This document shows positions 49,846-59,567 of a DNA stretch of 64,000 bases, piece by piece. Under the pieces are notes generated by a model. The model was not told the DNA's origin and did not search any database. It was given only the letters and a program-made list of their open reading frames with translations. Origin of the DNA: an uncultured Planctomycetia bacterium (GTDB lineage: Bacteria; Planctomycetota; Planctomycetia; Pirellulales; Pirellulaceae). The position numbers were made by a program, and so were the translations under genes. Position 1 is the stretch's first letter. Each line of letters begins with the position of its first letter. The DNA lies in the NCBI GenBank assembly GCA_963793465.1, contig CAWCAJ010000007.1, positions 177,282-241,281 on the forward strand. Direction: 5' to 3'.

Positions 49846-50925
49846 GTGTCAACTGCAATTCCGAAAGCGGATTGGGTTCGCGATGTACGCGTCGCACTCA
49901 AGAATGCTGACTCGAACTTTCATGAAGTCAAACCGGCGATTTACTGGCGGGACATGCTGCTGGGCGCCGGCATCGCCTACACTTCGGCGGCCATCTTTTT
50001 GAAAGCCCCGGCTTTTTCGGTTTGGCAAATCGTGGCTTTCCCGGTGGCGGTGTTCTGGTTGTACCGCGTGGGGTCCCTGGTGCATGAAGTTTGCCACTTG
50101 GGGAGACATGAGTGCACGTCATTCAAAGTCGCCTGGAATATCCTGGTCGGTGTGCCGACTCTGACCCCGTCTACGTTCTTTACGGGGCACCATCGCGACC
50201 ACCATTCACAACGCGTTTACGGAACGCCGCAGGATCCGGAATACGTGGTCAACGTTTGCCGGCGGGGGAGTATCTGGAACCTGCTGTTTTATTTTGCTTT
50301 CGTCGCGGTTTTCCCGCTGTTGGTTTTTCTGCGATTCGTTTTGTCGCCTTTGACCTTTCTGACGCCGCAGATCCGGGAGTTCACATTGCGGCGTCTGTCC
50401 GCGTTTACGTTCAACTGGAAGTACGAGCGGCCGCTCAGTCGCATCGATCGCAAGCCTTTTGCTGCCCTGGAGCTGCTGTGTTGTCTGCGGGCCTGGTGTA
50501 TTCCCGGCGCTGTATTGTTGGGACTATTCCCCTGGACCCATATGTTTCAACTATATCTGCTGGGTGCCACGGTCGTGATTTTGAACCAACTGCGGCAGTT
50601 GGCAGATCATCACTTCGAGGGGAACGGGGGTAATCTCTCCATGTCGGATCACATCCAGGATTCATGCAACTTCGTGGGCAAGGATCCGCTGACATGGCTG
50701 TTCTTTCCATTTGCCATTCAATACCACGCGCTTCATCACATGTTTCCTTCGTTGCCCTATCATAATCTGGCCAACGCGCACACTTACCTGATGTTGCAGT
50801 TGCCCAAGGACTCGCCCTATCGCGATCTCGAGCAACCCGGCTGGTGGTCGGTAGCCCGCAAAATGCTCCGCAAGGACGCCGAGACTCCGATGGCAGATGG
50901 CAAATCCGCCGCCCACCTGAGCTGA
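49846..50925 (+). CDS. fatty acid desaturase family protein
   Basis: Three histidine boxes (HEVCHL, HHRDHH, HALHHMF) and membrane segments. GTG start at 49846. Confidence 0.85.
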   Translation: MSTAIPKADWVRDVRVALKNADSNFHEVKPAIYWRDMLLGAGIAYTSAAIFLKAPAFSVWQIVAFPVAVFWLYRVGSLVHEVCHLGRHECTSFKVAWNILVGVPTLTPSTFFTGHHRDHHSQRVYGTPQDPEYVVNVCRRGSIWNLLFYFAFVAVFPLLVFLRFVLSPLTFLTPQIREFTLRRLSAFTFNWKYERPLSRIDRKPFAALELLCCLRAWCIPGAVLLGLFPWTHMFQLYLLGATVVILNQLRQLADHHFEGNGGNLSMSDHIQDSCNFVGKDPLTWLFFPFAIQYHALHHMFPSLPYHNLANAHTYLMLQLPKDSPYRDLEQPGWWSVARKMLRKDAETPMADGKSAAHLS

Positions 50926-50968
50926 TCGGCGGGGTGACCTGCCGCAGTCATTCCCGAAACGACGCAGA

Positions 50969-53128
50969 TCATTGGGTGGGGCTGACCTTTCCACTCAAAC
51001 GCCAGATGGGAACCTCCCTGGCGGTTGATTCTGAACGCAGGGTTTGCACGGCCACTTCTTCAATGAGATCCCTGAACCGGAATTGATCCGCTGACGTGAC
51101 CTTGAGGATTTCCCGCACGGTATCCTGATCCGCCATCTGCAGACTGCGACCCAGGGAATACTCCATCAAGTGTTCCACGAGCCCGCCTACAAAGCGGGGG
51201 GCTTGACGCAGGACCTCGGTCTTCAATTCCACCACCCCCCGCACGGGAACCCCCGCGACTTCCCCCAGGCAATCGATGGCAGTGCCATCGGAATGAACCG
51301 ATCGGAATCGACCCACGGCATCGAATTCTTCCAATGAAAAACCCAGCGGATCCATTTGATCGTGGCAGACGGCGCAATTGGGGTTGGCACGATGGATTGC
51401 CAAACGTTGCCGCATAGTGACCGTTTGACCGGGCAGGTCCGAAAGCGGCGACAAAGCGGGCGCGTCGGCTGGCGGCGGCGGGGGTGGGCGATTGAACAGT
51501 ACATCCAGAATCCACTCGCCTCGATAAACGGGGCTGGTGCGGTCTGTGGCAGAGGTAGACAACAGTGTCGCCCCTGCGGAGATAACGCCCCCGCGGGTTT
51601 TATCGGGCCAGCGGATGCGAAAAAAATCTTCACGATTGGAGGGATCGGGCACAAAGCCAATGGTGCTGACAGGATCCAGGCCATACCAATCCATCAGCAG
51701 GCCATTGACGTAGCCGAAGTCGGCGTCTACGAATTCCAGAACACTGCGATTCTCAACCAGAATGGATTCGAACAACAACATTTGTTCGATCGCCATGGAT
51801 ACTCCGGGCGGGGACAGCCTGCGATGGAAATAGTAATCCTCAAACAGGTCCTTGTCGGGCTGGGCGCCCACAGCTTTCAGGCTTTTCAGCCATTGGGCAC
51901 CAAAACTGGTGGAAAGCGATCGCGCCCGAGGGTCACTCAACATCCTGCGAATTTGCTTCCGCAATCCCTGCTCCTCCTGCAAGTTGCCGGCAATCGCGGC
52001 CCGCAACAGCTCGTCGTCCGGCATGCTATTCCACAAAAAGTAGCTCAGGCGGGAAGCGATCGTCCACGATTGGGGCCCGGCGTCGTCTGTGGCATCCAGG
52101 CGAAACAGGAAGTGGGGGGAAACCAGAACAGCCCAAACCGTGGATTTCATGGCTTCCGTAAAATCTCGGTGTTGCTGCAGTTGTCGCTGAAACAGGTCGG
52201 CCCAGCGGTTCACTTCATCACGGGTGACGGGCCGACGAAAGGCCCTGGGCAGGAACTCCCGCAAGCGGACTTTTCCCGCCCGCGCCAGGTCGGGCAGAGC
52301 CCGTTTATTGCTGGTGAACAGCGATTCCCAAACGCCCGAGCACGTGGGAAACTCGGGATGATTCAACAGTTTGTTGGCGAACTCGCAATACCGTTCCATC
52401 TGCAAGGGTGAGAAACTGAGTCCCCGGAAGCTGTTGTCGAAACCATGTTCGACGGGTGGATCTTCAGGCAATAGGGGCAATCCTTCAAACAGCACGGGAT
52501 GGCGATGAGCCCATTCGAAGTGACTGAAAACCATCACGTAGGGTGGCATCGATCCGCTTTCCGGTTGGAAGTACTGGTCGTTCAGTACCAGTCGCTGCGG
52601 ATCCTGGAAAGGACTGGCTTGTAACTGCAGTAGATCCCGGATGGTGTTCTCGTATTCCGTGCGGTTAAGCCGACGGATGGTGGAACGGGTACGCGGGGTC
52701 CGGAACTCGTCATGCTGCGAGAGATACCAGTCCTTGATTTGCTGGATCTCCTCGGCTGCCGGCTGCGGCCCGTGGTCTGCCGGTGGCATGTAGCGTTGAT
52801 CGACCGCTTCAAGCACCTGCTCCCACAACTCCCGATCGTCTGAATCCAGACTGGAATGCGACGCCAAAGATTGCAGATCGATGTCGCCCGCAGCGTTTTC
52901 CCCCTGATGGCATTCCATGCAGTAGCGGTTCAGGAAGTGGGATGCCTCCTGCCCGGGGGATTCAAAATGGCCCAACCAAGGATCTGCGGGATGGGGTGAC
53001 CCGCTGGCCCGCGATGAGCTGGCGGGCTGGCTGACCAGGGAAGTGCTCCATGGTTGGCCGCAGAACATCGCCAGCAGGCAACCAGCGATGGCCAGCCAGG
53101 CCACCAATTTTGAATGGATCGAGTTCAT
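50969..53128 (-). CDS. DUF1592-family protein (PSD/PSCyt multidomain), second copy
   Basis: Same motif series as 44599..46716: CMECHQGENAAGDIDL, RYMPP, FLWNSMPDD and CAVCHDQMDPLGFSLEEFD. Start set at the ATG at 53128. No DUF1552 partner downstream. Confidence 0.85.
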   Translation of the reverse strand: MNSIHSKLVAWLAIAGCLLAMFCGQPWSTSLVSQPASSSRASGSPHPADPWLGHFESPGQEASHFLNRYCMECHQGENAAGDIDLQSLASHSSLDSDDRELWEQVLEAVDQRYMPPADHGPQPAAEEIQQIKDWYLSQHDEFRTPRTRSTIRRLNRTEYENTIRDLLQLQASPFQDPQRLVLNDQYFQPESGSMPPYVMVFSHFEWAHRHPVLFEGLPLLPEDPPVEHGFDNSFRGLSFSPLQMERYCEFANKLLNHPEFPTCSGVWESLFTSNKRALPDLARAGKVRLREFLPRAFRRPVTRDEVNRWADLFQRQLQQHRDFTEAMKSTVWAVLVSPHFLFRLDATDDAGPQSWTIASRLSYFLWNSMPDDELLRAAIAGNLQEEQGLRKQIRRMLSDPRARSLSTSFGAQWLKSLKAVGAQPDKDLFEDYYFHRRLSPPGVSMAIEQMLLFESILVENRSVLEFVDADFGYVNGLLMDWYGLDPVSTIGFVPDPSNREDFFRIRWPDKTRGGVISAGATLLSTSATDRTSPVYRGEWILDVLFNRPPPPPPADAPALSPLSDLPGQTVTMRQRLAIHRANPNCAVCHDQMDPLGFSLEEFDAVGRFRSVHSDGTAIDCLGEVAGVPVRGVVELKTEVLRQAPRFVGGLVEHLMEYSLGRSLQMADQDTVREILKVTSADQFRFRDLIEEVAVQTLRSESTAREVPIWRLSGKVSPTQ

Positions 53129-53156
53129 CAGGGAGAATCCACCGGGTGCTACGGGA

Positions 53157-53825
53157 TCAGCGATTTCCATTCTGAAGATTGCCATTGGCGATGGCCAGGT
53201 TCTGGCGGCGTTCGATCAGGTCGTTCATCAGCTCCCCGTGAATCCGGCGGGTCAGCAGCATTACCGCCAAGTCGTTGTACCGCAGCAACTCCGGAATGGT
53301 CTGGCGATCGGCGAGTTGCATAATGGCCTGGCGTCGTTGCAACAGGTCTTGGAAACGATCGTCAAAGCGGGCTCGATCCTGATCCCAACGCTGGCCGGCC
53401 ATTGCCAGCTCCTCGCCGGAAACGCTGCCCTGCAGGAAACGAATCAACGCTTTCTTGCGATGAGCGGAATCGAGAGCCAGGAACAATGTGGAATGCACTT
53501 TCAACGGTTGCCTGTTCGCCTGTTCATCCTCAAGCGAATGCAGTACGTCCGGGGTCAGGCTGCCGGCGGCCAGGTAGACGCGGTCGGGCAACGTGGTATG
53601 GCAAGCGGCCACAGCAGGTGGCCGTGGGGGTGATTTGAGGCAGGCCGCGGTAGGGGGCTGAACGGAGTCCCTTGCCATCAGGGAGCTTGCCCGGCCGGTG
53701 TGCCCGGCGGCACCGATATCGGGAGTCGATGTGCCCGGGCAGCATGGCGCAAGGGTCACCAGTACCGTAAGTACTGTAAATACGCTGACGAGCAGCAAGC
53801 CGAAAGTGAGAATGCGTTGCATCAT
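53157..53825 (-). CDS. hypothetical membrane-anchored/lipoprotein with helical C-terminal domain
   Basis: Start at the ATG at 53825 (MMQRILTFGLLLVSVFTVLTVLVTLAPCC). The C-terminal helical region loosely resembles that of 46723..47439. Sits in the same position upstream of a DUF1592-family gene. Confidence 0.5.
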   Translation of the reverse strand: MMQRILTFGLLLVSVFTVLTVLVTLAPCCPGTSTPDIGAAGHTGRASSLMARDSVQPPTAACLKSPPRPPAVAACHTTLPDRVYLAAGSLTPDVLHSLEDEQANRQPLKVHSTLFLALDSAHRKKALIRFLQGSVSGEELAMAGQRWDQDRARFDDRFQDLLQRRQAIMQLADRQTIPELLRYNDLAVMLLTRRIHGELMNDLIERRQNLAIANGNLQNGNR

Positions 53826-54077
53826 GCCAAAGGAATTATCGGTTCGGCAGTCAGTCCCACGCCGTCTGCGCGACCTTTCCCTGTCCAGACCGTACGACCC
53901 TGACAATCACCGGGACCGACGTTTCCGGTCGCTGCCCTATCCCCACGTATCGCATTGGCAACCCCCGCGGTAGGAGTCACAAACCGCGGTCAGAGTTACG
54001 ACCATGCCCCTGCCGCGACAAAGCGAGTCAGGCCGAACGCCCCGGGTGCGATTGGGGGGGCCGGTTCTCAGGTCGGG

Positions 54078-54611
54078 TCAAGGGGCCAGCTTTTTCAGCT
54101 TTCTTTGCAGGGTGCGGCGGGGAATATCCAGAACCCGCGCGGCTTCCGAAATATTGCCGTCGCAGGCAGCTAAAACCCGTTGGATGTGTTCCCACTGGGC
54201 GGCAGCCAGCGAGGGAGGGGCAAAGTCCTCTTCCGCTTCTTCCGGGCAACTTTCGTCCAGGGCGGCCAGGACCTGGTCGGCATCGGCTGGTTTGGTAACG
54301 TAATTCACGGCGCCCAGTTTGATGGCCTCCACGGCATTGGAAATACTCCCATATCCCGTAAGGATCACGGCTCGCGTTTGCGGCGAGACCTCGGCAAAGG
54401 TCGTCAATAATTCGAGTCCGGACTTGCCGGGCATCTTCAGATCCAAGACGGCCAGGTCCGGTTGCCGCAGCCTGGCCATGGCAACCGCTTCCTCAAAGTT
54501 GGCAGCACAACAGACTTCAAAGCCGCGGCGGGAGAGTGATTTTTCCATGCGGCTTCGCAACGTGTCGTCGTCGTCCACGACCAGAAATACTTTTCCGTTG
54601 GGGGGAGTCAT
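54078..54611 (-). CDS. regA: response regulator, RegA/PrrA/ActR type (REC plus Fis-type HTH)
   Basis: REC domain (VVDDDD...AVLDLKMPG...) and a short C-terminal HTH (NISEAARVLDIPRRTLQRKLKK). The ATG overlaps the kinase stop (ATGA). Confidence 0.8.
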   Translation of the reverse strand: MTPPNGKVFLVVDDDDTLRSRMEKSLSRRGFEVCCAANFEEAVAMARLRQPDLAVLDLKMPGKSGLELLTTFAEVSPQTRAVILTGYGSISNAVEAIKLGAVNYVTKPADADQVLAALDESCPEEAEEDFAPPSLAAAQWEHIQRVLAACDGNISEAARVLDIPRRTLQRKLKKLAP

Positions 54612-55969
54612 GGGGAAACCTCAACCTGGCTGGGGACCCAAGGGCGAATACAGGGCAAGGTCACGGTGACCGTGGTGCCGTGGGGACGCGATTCTCCGGT
54701 TCGCGATTGAATCAGGACCGATCCCCCCAAGCCTTCGATGACATTCTTGGCCAAAAAAACTCCCAATCCCATGCCCTTGCCAGGTTGCTTGGTTGTGAAA
54801 AAGGGTTCGCTGACTCGCCGCAGGACTTCAAGCGACATGCCGGCACCGTAGTCCTGAATGGCCCAAATCATCCGATTCTCGTTGCGGGAAATACGCACCT
54901 TAACCGGGCCCTGCGGCTGGCTGGCGTCCAGACCATTCTGGACCAGGCCGCGAATCGCCTGCGACAGCGCGTCCACCGGGACCTCGATCTCGGTTGCCGA
55001 GGCCTCGTTCAGGAAGGCAACCTGCAGCCGATCCCCATCCTCGGTGAGCCCTTGCTGCACATCCTCAAAGAATTCTGCAATCGTGATTCGCTGCATCATC
55101 TCTCCGACGGTTTCTCCGGCATGGCTGGCCATGCGATCGAGTATCGACTTGCAACGGTCCAGCTGTTGACGAATCAGCCTGATATCTTCCAGCAAATCGC
55201 CATCGTGGGAAGGGTCGCCCTGCCGCAGCGATTGTTCGACGTCTTTGGCAACCAGCGCGATCGTCGTTAACGGTGTGGCCAGTTCGTGGGCAGCGCCGGC
55301 CGCCAAAGTACCCAGTGCCTCAAGTTTCTCGTCGCGGGAGCGGTTTTCCTGAGCTGCCCGCAGGTCCAGCTCTTGTTGCCTCAAAGCTGCCGTCACGCGG
55401 GTCAGAAAATAGACGATCATGCTGCTGCAGGTAGCAAAGGCCGCTAACAGACCGAGTTGGGTAAGTGACCAGTCTCCCTTTTCCAACACCGGCAGCAGTG
55501 ACAATCCCATGTTCAGCTTGTCGATCGGGATATGGCTATACAGCAGTCCTGCAAAACAGGCGATGGCGACCAGGTTCAGCGTCCAGGACCACTTGCGATC
55601 CAGCACCACGGCCGAAAGACTGAGATTCACAAAAAAGAAAAGGCAAAACGGGTTGGAGGGTCCCCCCGTTACGTACAACAGGGTCGCCAAAGACAACAAA
55701 TCCATGGTCATCACCCAACCCAACATATGGTCAACCGGCCTCCAGGATCCCTGAGTTTGACTGCCCCTTTGAGGTTGGAACCAGAAGATCAGCACCAGGT
55801 TGGAGACGATCGTCAATCCGATCACGACGAACAACGGCCAGACCAGCAGTTGAATGTCCAGCAGCAGTGTGGCGGCGGCGATGGTCAGCAACTGACCGAA
55901 AACGGCCACCCAGCGCAGCTTGATCAGCCAGCCAATATTTACAGCGACTCGTTCGTTGGTCCCGGGCAC
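54608..55969 (-). CDS. regB: sensor histidine kinase, RegB/PrrB/ActS type
   Basis: Six N-terminal TM helices containing GGPSNPF (the RegB GGXXNPF quinone motif), H-box AHELATPLTTI, LDRCKSIL (position of the RegB redox Cys), and G-boxes DYGAGM / GKGMGLG. GTG start. Confidence 0.8.
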   Translation of the reverse strand: MPGTNERVAVNIGWLIKLRWVAVFGQLLTIAAATLLLDIQLLVWPLFVVIGLTIVSNLVLIFWFQPQRGSQTQGSWRPVDHMLGWVMTMDLLSLATLLYVTGGPSNPFCLFFFVNLSLSAVVLDRKWSWTLNLVAIACFAGLLYSHIPIDKLNMGLSLLPVLEKGDWSLTQLGLLAAFATCSSMIVYFLTRVTAALRQQELDLRAAQENRSRDEKLEALGTLAAGAAHELATPLTTIALVAKDVEQSLRQGDPSHDGDLLEDIRLIRQQLDRCKSILDRMASHAGETVGEMMQRITIAEFFEDVQQGLTEDGDRLQVAFLNEASATEIEVPVDALSQAIRGLVQNGLDASQPQGPVKVRISRNENRMIWAIQDYGAGMSLEVLRRVSEPFFTTKQPGKGMGLGVFLAKNVIEGLGGSVLIQSRTGESRPHGTTVTVTLPCIRPWVPSQVEVSP

Positions 55970-56075
55970 GTGGGGTTAACTTCTCGCCAAAAAAACAGTT
56001 CTGCAATGGAGACCGGATTGCCAGGTTCCATCATAACAACGTTAAATGGGCCCGGTTATGTTGGATTGTGTATTG

Positions 56076-56119
56076 GCGATCCTGGTTTTCAGGTCTAGCG
56101 ATCCTGGTTTTCAGGTTTA
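56076..56119. repeat. 22-bp tandem duplication (GCGATCCTGGTTTTCAGGTYTA x2)
   Basis: Read directly. Lies in the divergent intergenic region between regB (start 55969) and the ORF at 56160. Confidence 0.9.
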
Positions 56120-56159
56120 GAATAGGCCCCAAATCCCAATTTCAGCAGGTGCAAACCGC

Positions 56160-56711
56160 ATGATGGCTACTGAAACCGAACGCCCTGACCAAGCGACTGA
56201 CGAACCGTCCCGGGAAACCGATTCGCTTGGCAGACCCTACTCCAGTGTGCTCGCCGACGCCCCTGTCTTGAGTCGACGGGGGCTGACGCGATTGTTGATC
56301 CTGATGTGTGCTGTGCCGATCGTGACGGTGACGGTATTGCAAATCACCATGCCGCCAGTAAAACCGGGTTACCTGAAAGCCGAATGCCAGTTTCTGGAAG
56401 TCCCTCCCCGCAGTTATTACATGACTCCGCTGGAAGACCGGGTGCCCTTCCCGACCGCCGCATTGATGGTGAAGAACACGGGCCCCGAGCCTTGGACGCA
56501 TCTGAATATCCGAATCAATAACGGCCATTATCAGATATACGAGCATGGCTCGCCACTGGAACCGGGCCAGGAGAGGACTTTCTTGCTGAACCGCTTTGTG
56601 CACCGCTCGGGCGCAGTCTTCGACGTGGGTATCAATCGGCCTGACAGTGTTGAAATCTATGCCCGCTTGCCCGACCGCAGCCGTGGCACCTTCGAGGCGG
56701 AATTCCCCTGA
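56160..56711 (+). CDS. hypothetical membrane-anchored protein
   Basis: 183 aa with an acidic N-terminus, one TM (LTRLLILMCAVPIVTVTVL) and a beta-rich C-terminal domain. No motif recognised. Confidence 0.5.
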   Translation: MMATETERPDQATDEPSRETDSLGRPYSSVLADAPVLSRRGLTRLLILMCAVPIVTVTVLQITMPPVKPGYLKAECQFLEVPPRSYYMTPLEDRVPFPTAALMVKNTGPEPWTHLNIRINNGHYQIYEHGSPLEPGQERTFLLNRFVHRSGAVFDVGINRPDSVEIYARLPDRSRGTFEAEFP

Positions 56712-56865
56712 TCCGCCCGGTTGAGGAGCGAGAAAGGGAGTGAAGAGGCGGTTTTTCGGCAAATTTACCCGAAAACACGCTTACCGGTTCTGGGTGAGTT
56801 CTATAATTCTGCAGCCCTCGTTCAACACAAGCTCCCCCTCCATCCCATTCTGCGCTTGAACCGGC

Positions 56866-57807
56866 ATGCCCCATATCCTCGTCGTAGACGATAACCCAAT
56901 CGATCGAAAACTGATCAGTGCGGTTCTGCAAGGCAAGACCAATTGGTCGGTCGATACGGCCAACGATGGCCAGCAGGCGGTCAATATTCTTAACCGCGGA
57001 GACCTCGTGGACCTGGTGGTGACCGATTTGCAAATGCCTGTCATGGATGGGGTCACGCTGGTTAAAACGATTCGCAGGGATTTTTCCCGACTGCCGGTGG
57101 TTTTGGTCACCGCCTTTGGCAGTGAACAGGAATCGGTGGCGGCTCTACAGGCAGGTGCTGCCAACTTTTCCCTGAAAACCCGCCTGAAAACCGATCTGGT
57201 TCCCACGGTTCGCAATGTGCTGGATTGGGTGGAAGCGGTCCGCCGTACATCCGAAGATTCCCGCAACCTGATCGACTTGGGGACCGATACGCGAAGTTTG
57301 GCTTTCGTACTGGACAACAGTGTGGGCCAGATTCGCAATCTGATCGAGACGCTGGATGCCAATCTGCCCGATTGGGCCGAACCGGACAGCTTGCGGATCT
57401 CGATGGCACTGGAAGAAGCCCTGTGCAACGCAATTTGCCACGGAAATCTGGAGGTGGACTCCAATTTGAAGGACTCGGCGGACTGCAGCGCCTATGAACG
57501 AACGGTCCATGAACGTCAGGACCGGGAACCGTTTTGTGAACGTCGTGTTCGCGTGCGAGCCGAATTCACAGACGAACAAATCCAGTTCCAGATCGATGAT
57601 GATGGTCCTGGCTTCAATCCGCGGAGTTTGCCGGATCCTCGTACCGGCGAAAATATTCTGAAACCATCGGGGAGAGGCTTGCTGCTGATTCGCAGTTTCA
57701 TGGACGAAGTGCGGCACAACACGACAGGAAACCAGATCACCCTGGTAAAAAGGCGTGCTGCCAACCTTTCCGCCATCAACAAAGGGGGCAGCCGGGCAGA
57801 CGGTTAG
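56866..57807 (+). CDS. response regulator receiver fused to an RsbW-like (anti-sigma factor type) HATPase domain
   Basis: REC domain (ILVVDDNPIDR...VVTDLQMPVMDG...). The C-terminus carries EEALCNAICHGN, IDDDGPGFNP and GRGLLLIRSFMDEV, typical of GHKL Ser/Thr kinase anti-sigma factors. Confidence 0.75.
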   Translation: MPHILVVDDNPIDRKLISAVLQGKTNWSVDTANDGQQAVNILNRGDLVDLVVTDLQMPVMDGVTLVKTIRRDFSRLPVVLVTAFGSEQESVAALQAGAANFSLKTRLKTDLVPTVRNVLDWVEAVRRTSEDSRNLIDLGTDTRSLAFVLDNSVGQIRNLIETLDANLPDWAEPDSLRISMALEEALCNAICHGNLEVDSNLKDSADCSAYERTVHERQDREPFCERRVRVRAEFTDEQIQFQIDDDGPGFNPRSLPDPRTGENILKPSGRGLLLIRSFMDEVRHNTTGNQITLVKRRAANLSAINKGGSRADG

Positions 57808-57848
57808 CGTGGCCCCGGAAGTGGTTGGTTGCTAACCCTGGGTGGTTG

Positions 57849-59567
57849 TTACAGATAGTAAAGCAACAGACACAGACCCAGTAACAGGGTTGCCCACACC
57901 GCCATGGCACTGGTCGTCCAGGTCCTGCCCACCAACCCTTGCTCCCCGAACCAGCGCCCCAACATGCGAATCAGGCTGGACCAGCTTTGAGCGGCCCATG
58001 CTCTCCACCCACGATCCAGAATGCCCATCACCGGGGTCAGTCGTCGCAGCAATCCCGGAAGAAATCGCCGATAGATCCAGTCGGTATCCAGGTTGATGGC
58101 CCGCATTTCTGCCGGATAAAGCCCGGTCTTCATCAGCACCACGAAGGCCAGTGCGGCAAACAGCAACAGCTGATATTGGGTGATCACGTGGGCGGCGGTG
58201 TAGGGAGCATAATCCACGGCGAAAGGCAGACCGGCGTACAGCCAGCGATAGCCTATCCCAAGTCCGATGCACAGCAGGGAGGCCATTGCCATGGCCAACA
58301 GCATGTTCCAGGGAGCTTCCTTGACTCGCTTGCCGGAATCGTGGGCAAAAAATGCGAAAAACGGGATCTTGATCCCCGAATGTTCCATGACTCCGGCCGA
58401 AGCCACCAACAACACCAGCCACACCACAAACAAGTGTTGCTCAGCCGCCGCCGTCAGGATCATCGACTTGCTGATGAATCCACTGAGCAAGGGGAAGCCG
58501 GCAATTGACCCCGCGCCGATGCAACAGAACGCCGTGGTCCAGGGCATGGACTTGTACAAACCTCCCAGTTCCGTGGCCTTGGTGGTACCTACGCGATGGA
58601 GAACGGCACCCATCGACATGAACAACAGGGCCTTGTAGATGATATGGCAAAAGGCATGGGCCACCGTTCCGTTCAAAGCCAGTTCCGTGCCAATTCCGAT
58701 TCCCACCACCATAAATCCCAGCTGGTTGTTCAGGCTGTAAGCCAATACCCGCCGCAGGTCGTTCTCGATCACGGCAAAAAAGATCGGGAACAAGGTCATG
58801 ACACACCCAACCACGATCAAGGACTCCGTTCCGGCAAAGCCGCGGGCCAACGCATACACGGCCAACTTTGTCGTAAAGGCACTCAAGAACACGGTGCCGG
58901 TGGCCGTCGCCTTGGGATACGAATCCTGCAGCCAATTGTGCAGCAAAGGGAAGGCGCATTTGATACCGAAGGCCAGCAGGATCAGCTTGCCGGACCAGTT
59001 TTCAATGCCGATCACTCCGGTTTCGCCAGCCGCCCCAAAGGCCAGCGAACCCGTTTCCTGGTAGCGCATGATCGCCCCGGAGAGCAACAGCACGCCCGAT
59101 CCCACCTGGATGATCAGGTACCGCAGGCCGGCTTTCCAGGAACTTTCACTATCGCTGGCCCAGATCAGGAAGACACTGGAAATCGCCGTCAACTCCCAAA
59201 ACACAAACAGCGTGATCAGATCTCCTGCACAGGCAGCAGCAATCGCCGCCCCTGCGTACATGATGCCGGCCACGTGTTGTTTGCTGTCCTGGACGTGCAA
59301 CGCGTAAATCGCGGAGAGGATCGCCGCCAGATGAAAGATCAGTCCGAACAGAAAACTCAACCGGTCGATGCGGATCGTTTCCAGCGAGATCCCAAACAGC
59401 TCAAGCGAACCGTAGTTGCCCAGGGGCGTTGACCAGAACAGCAGCAGGCTTAACAAGCATAACGTCAAGCCGCCCCAGGCCGACCCACGACGTCCCAGGC
59501 AAGGCAGCAACAGGGAACCCAGCACCATGAGGCTACCCGGCGGCAGGTTTTGCAGGCTATCGATCAT
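57849..59567 (-). CDS. proton-conducting membrane transporter, NuoL/MnhA/MnhD-like
   Basis: 572 aa from the ATG at 59567, polytopic. Motifs such as LFVFWELTAISS and the overall pattern belong to the Mrp/complex I antiporter-like subunit family. Confidence 0.8.
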   Translation of the reverse strand: MIDSLQNLPPGSLMVLGSLLLPCLGRRGSAWGGLTLCLLSLLLFWSTPLGNYGSLELFGISLETIRIDRLSFLFGLIFHLAAILSAIYALHVQDSKQHVAGIMYAGAAIAAACAGDLITLFVFWELTAISSVFLIWASDSESSWKAGLRYLIIQVGSGVLLLSGAIMRYQETGSLAFGAAGETGVIGIENWSGKLILLAFGIKCAFPLLHNWLQDSYPKATATGTVFLSAFTTKLAVYALARGFAGTESLIVVGCVMTLFPIFFAVIENDLRRVLAYSLNNQLGFMVVGIGIGTELALNGTVAHAFCHIIYKALLFMSMGAVLHRVGTTKATELGGLYKSMPWTTAFCCIGAGSIAGFPLLSGFISKSMILTAAAEQHLFVVWLVLLVASAGVMEHSGIKIPFFAFFAHDSGKRVKEAPWNMLLAMAMASLLCIGLGIGYRWLYAGLPFAVDYAPYTAAHVITQYQLLLFAALAFVVLMKTGLYPAEMRAINLDTDWIYRRFLPGLLRRLTPVMGILDRGWRAWAAQSWSSLIRMLGRWFGEQGLVGRTWTTSAMAVWATLLLGLCLLLYYL

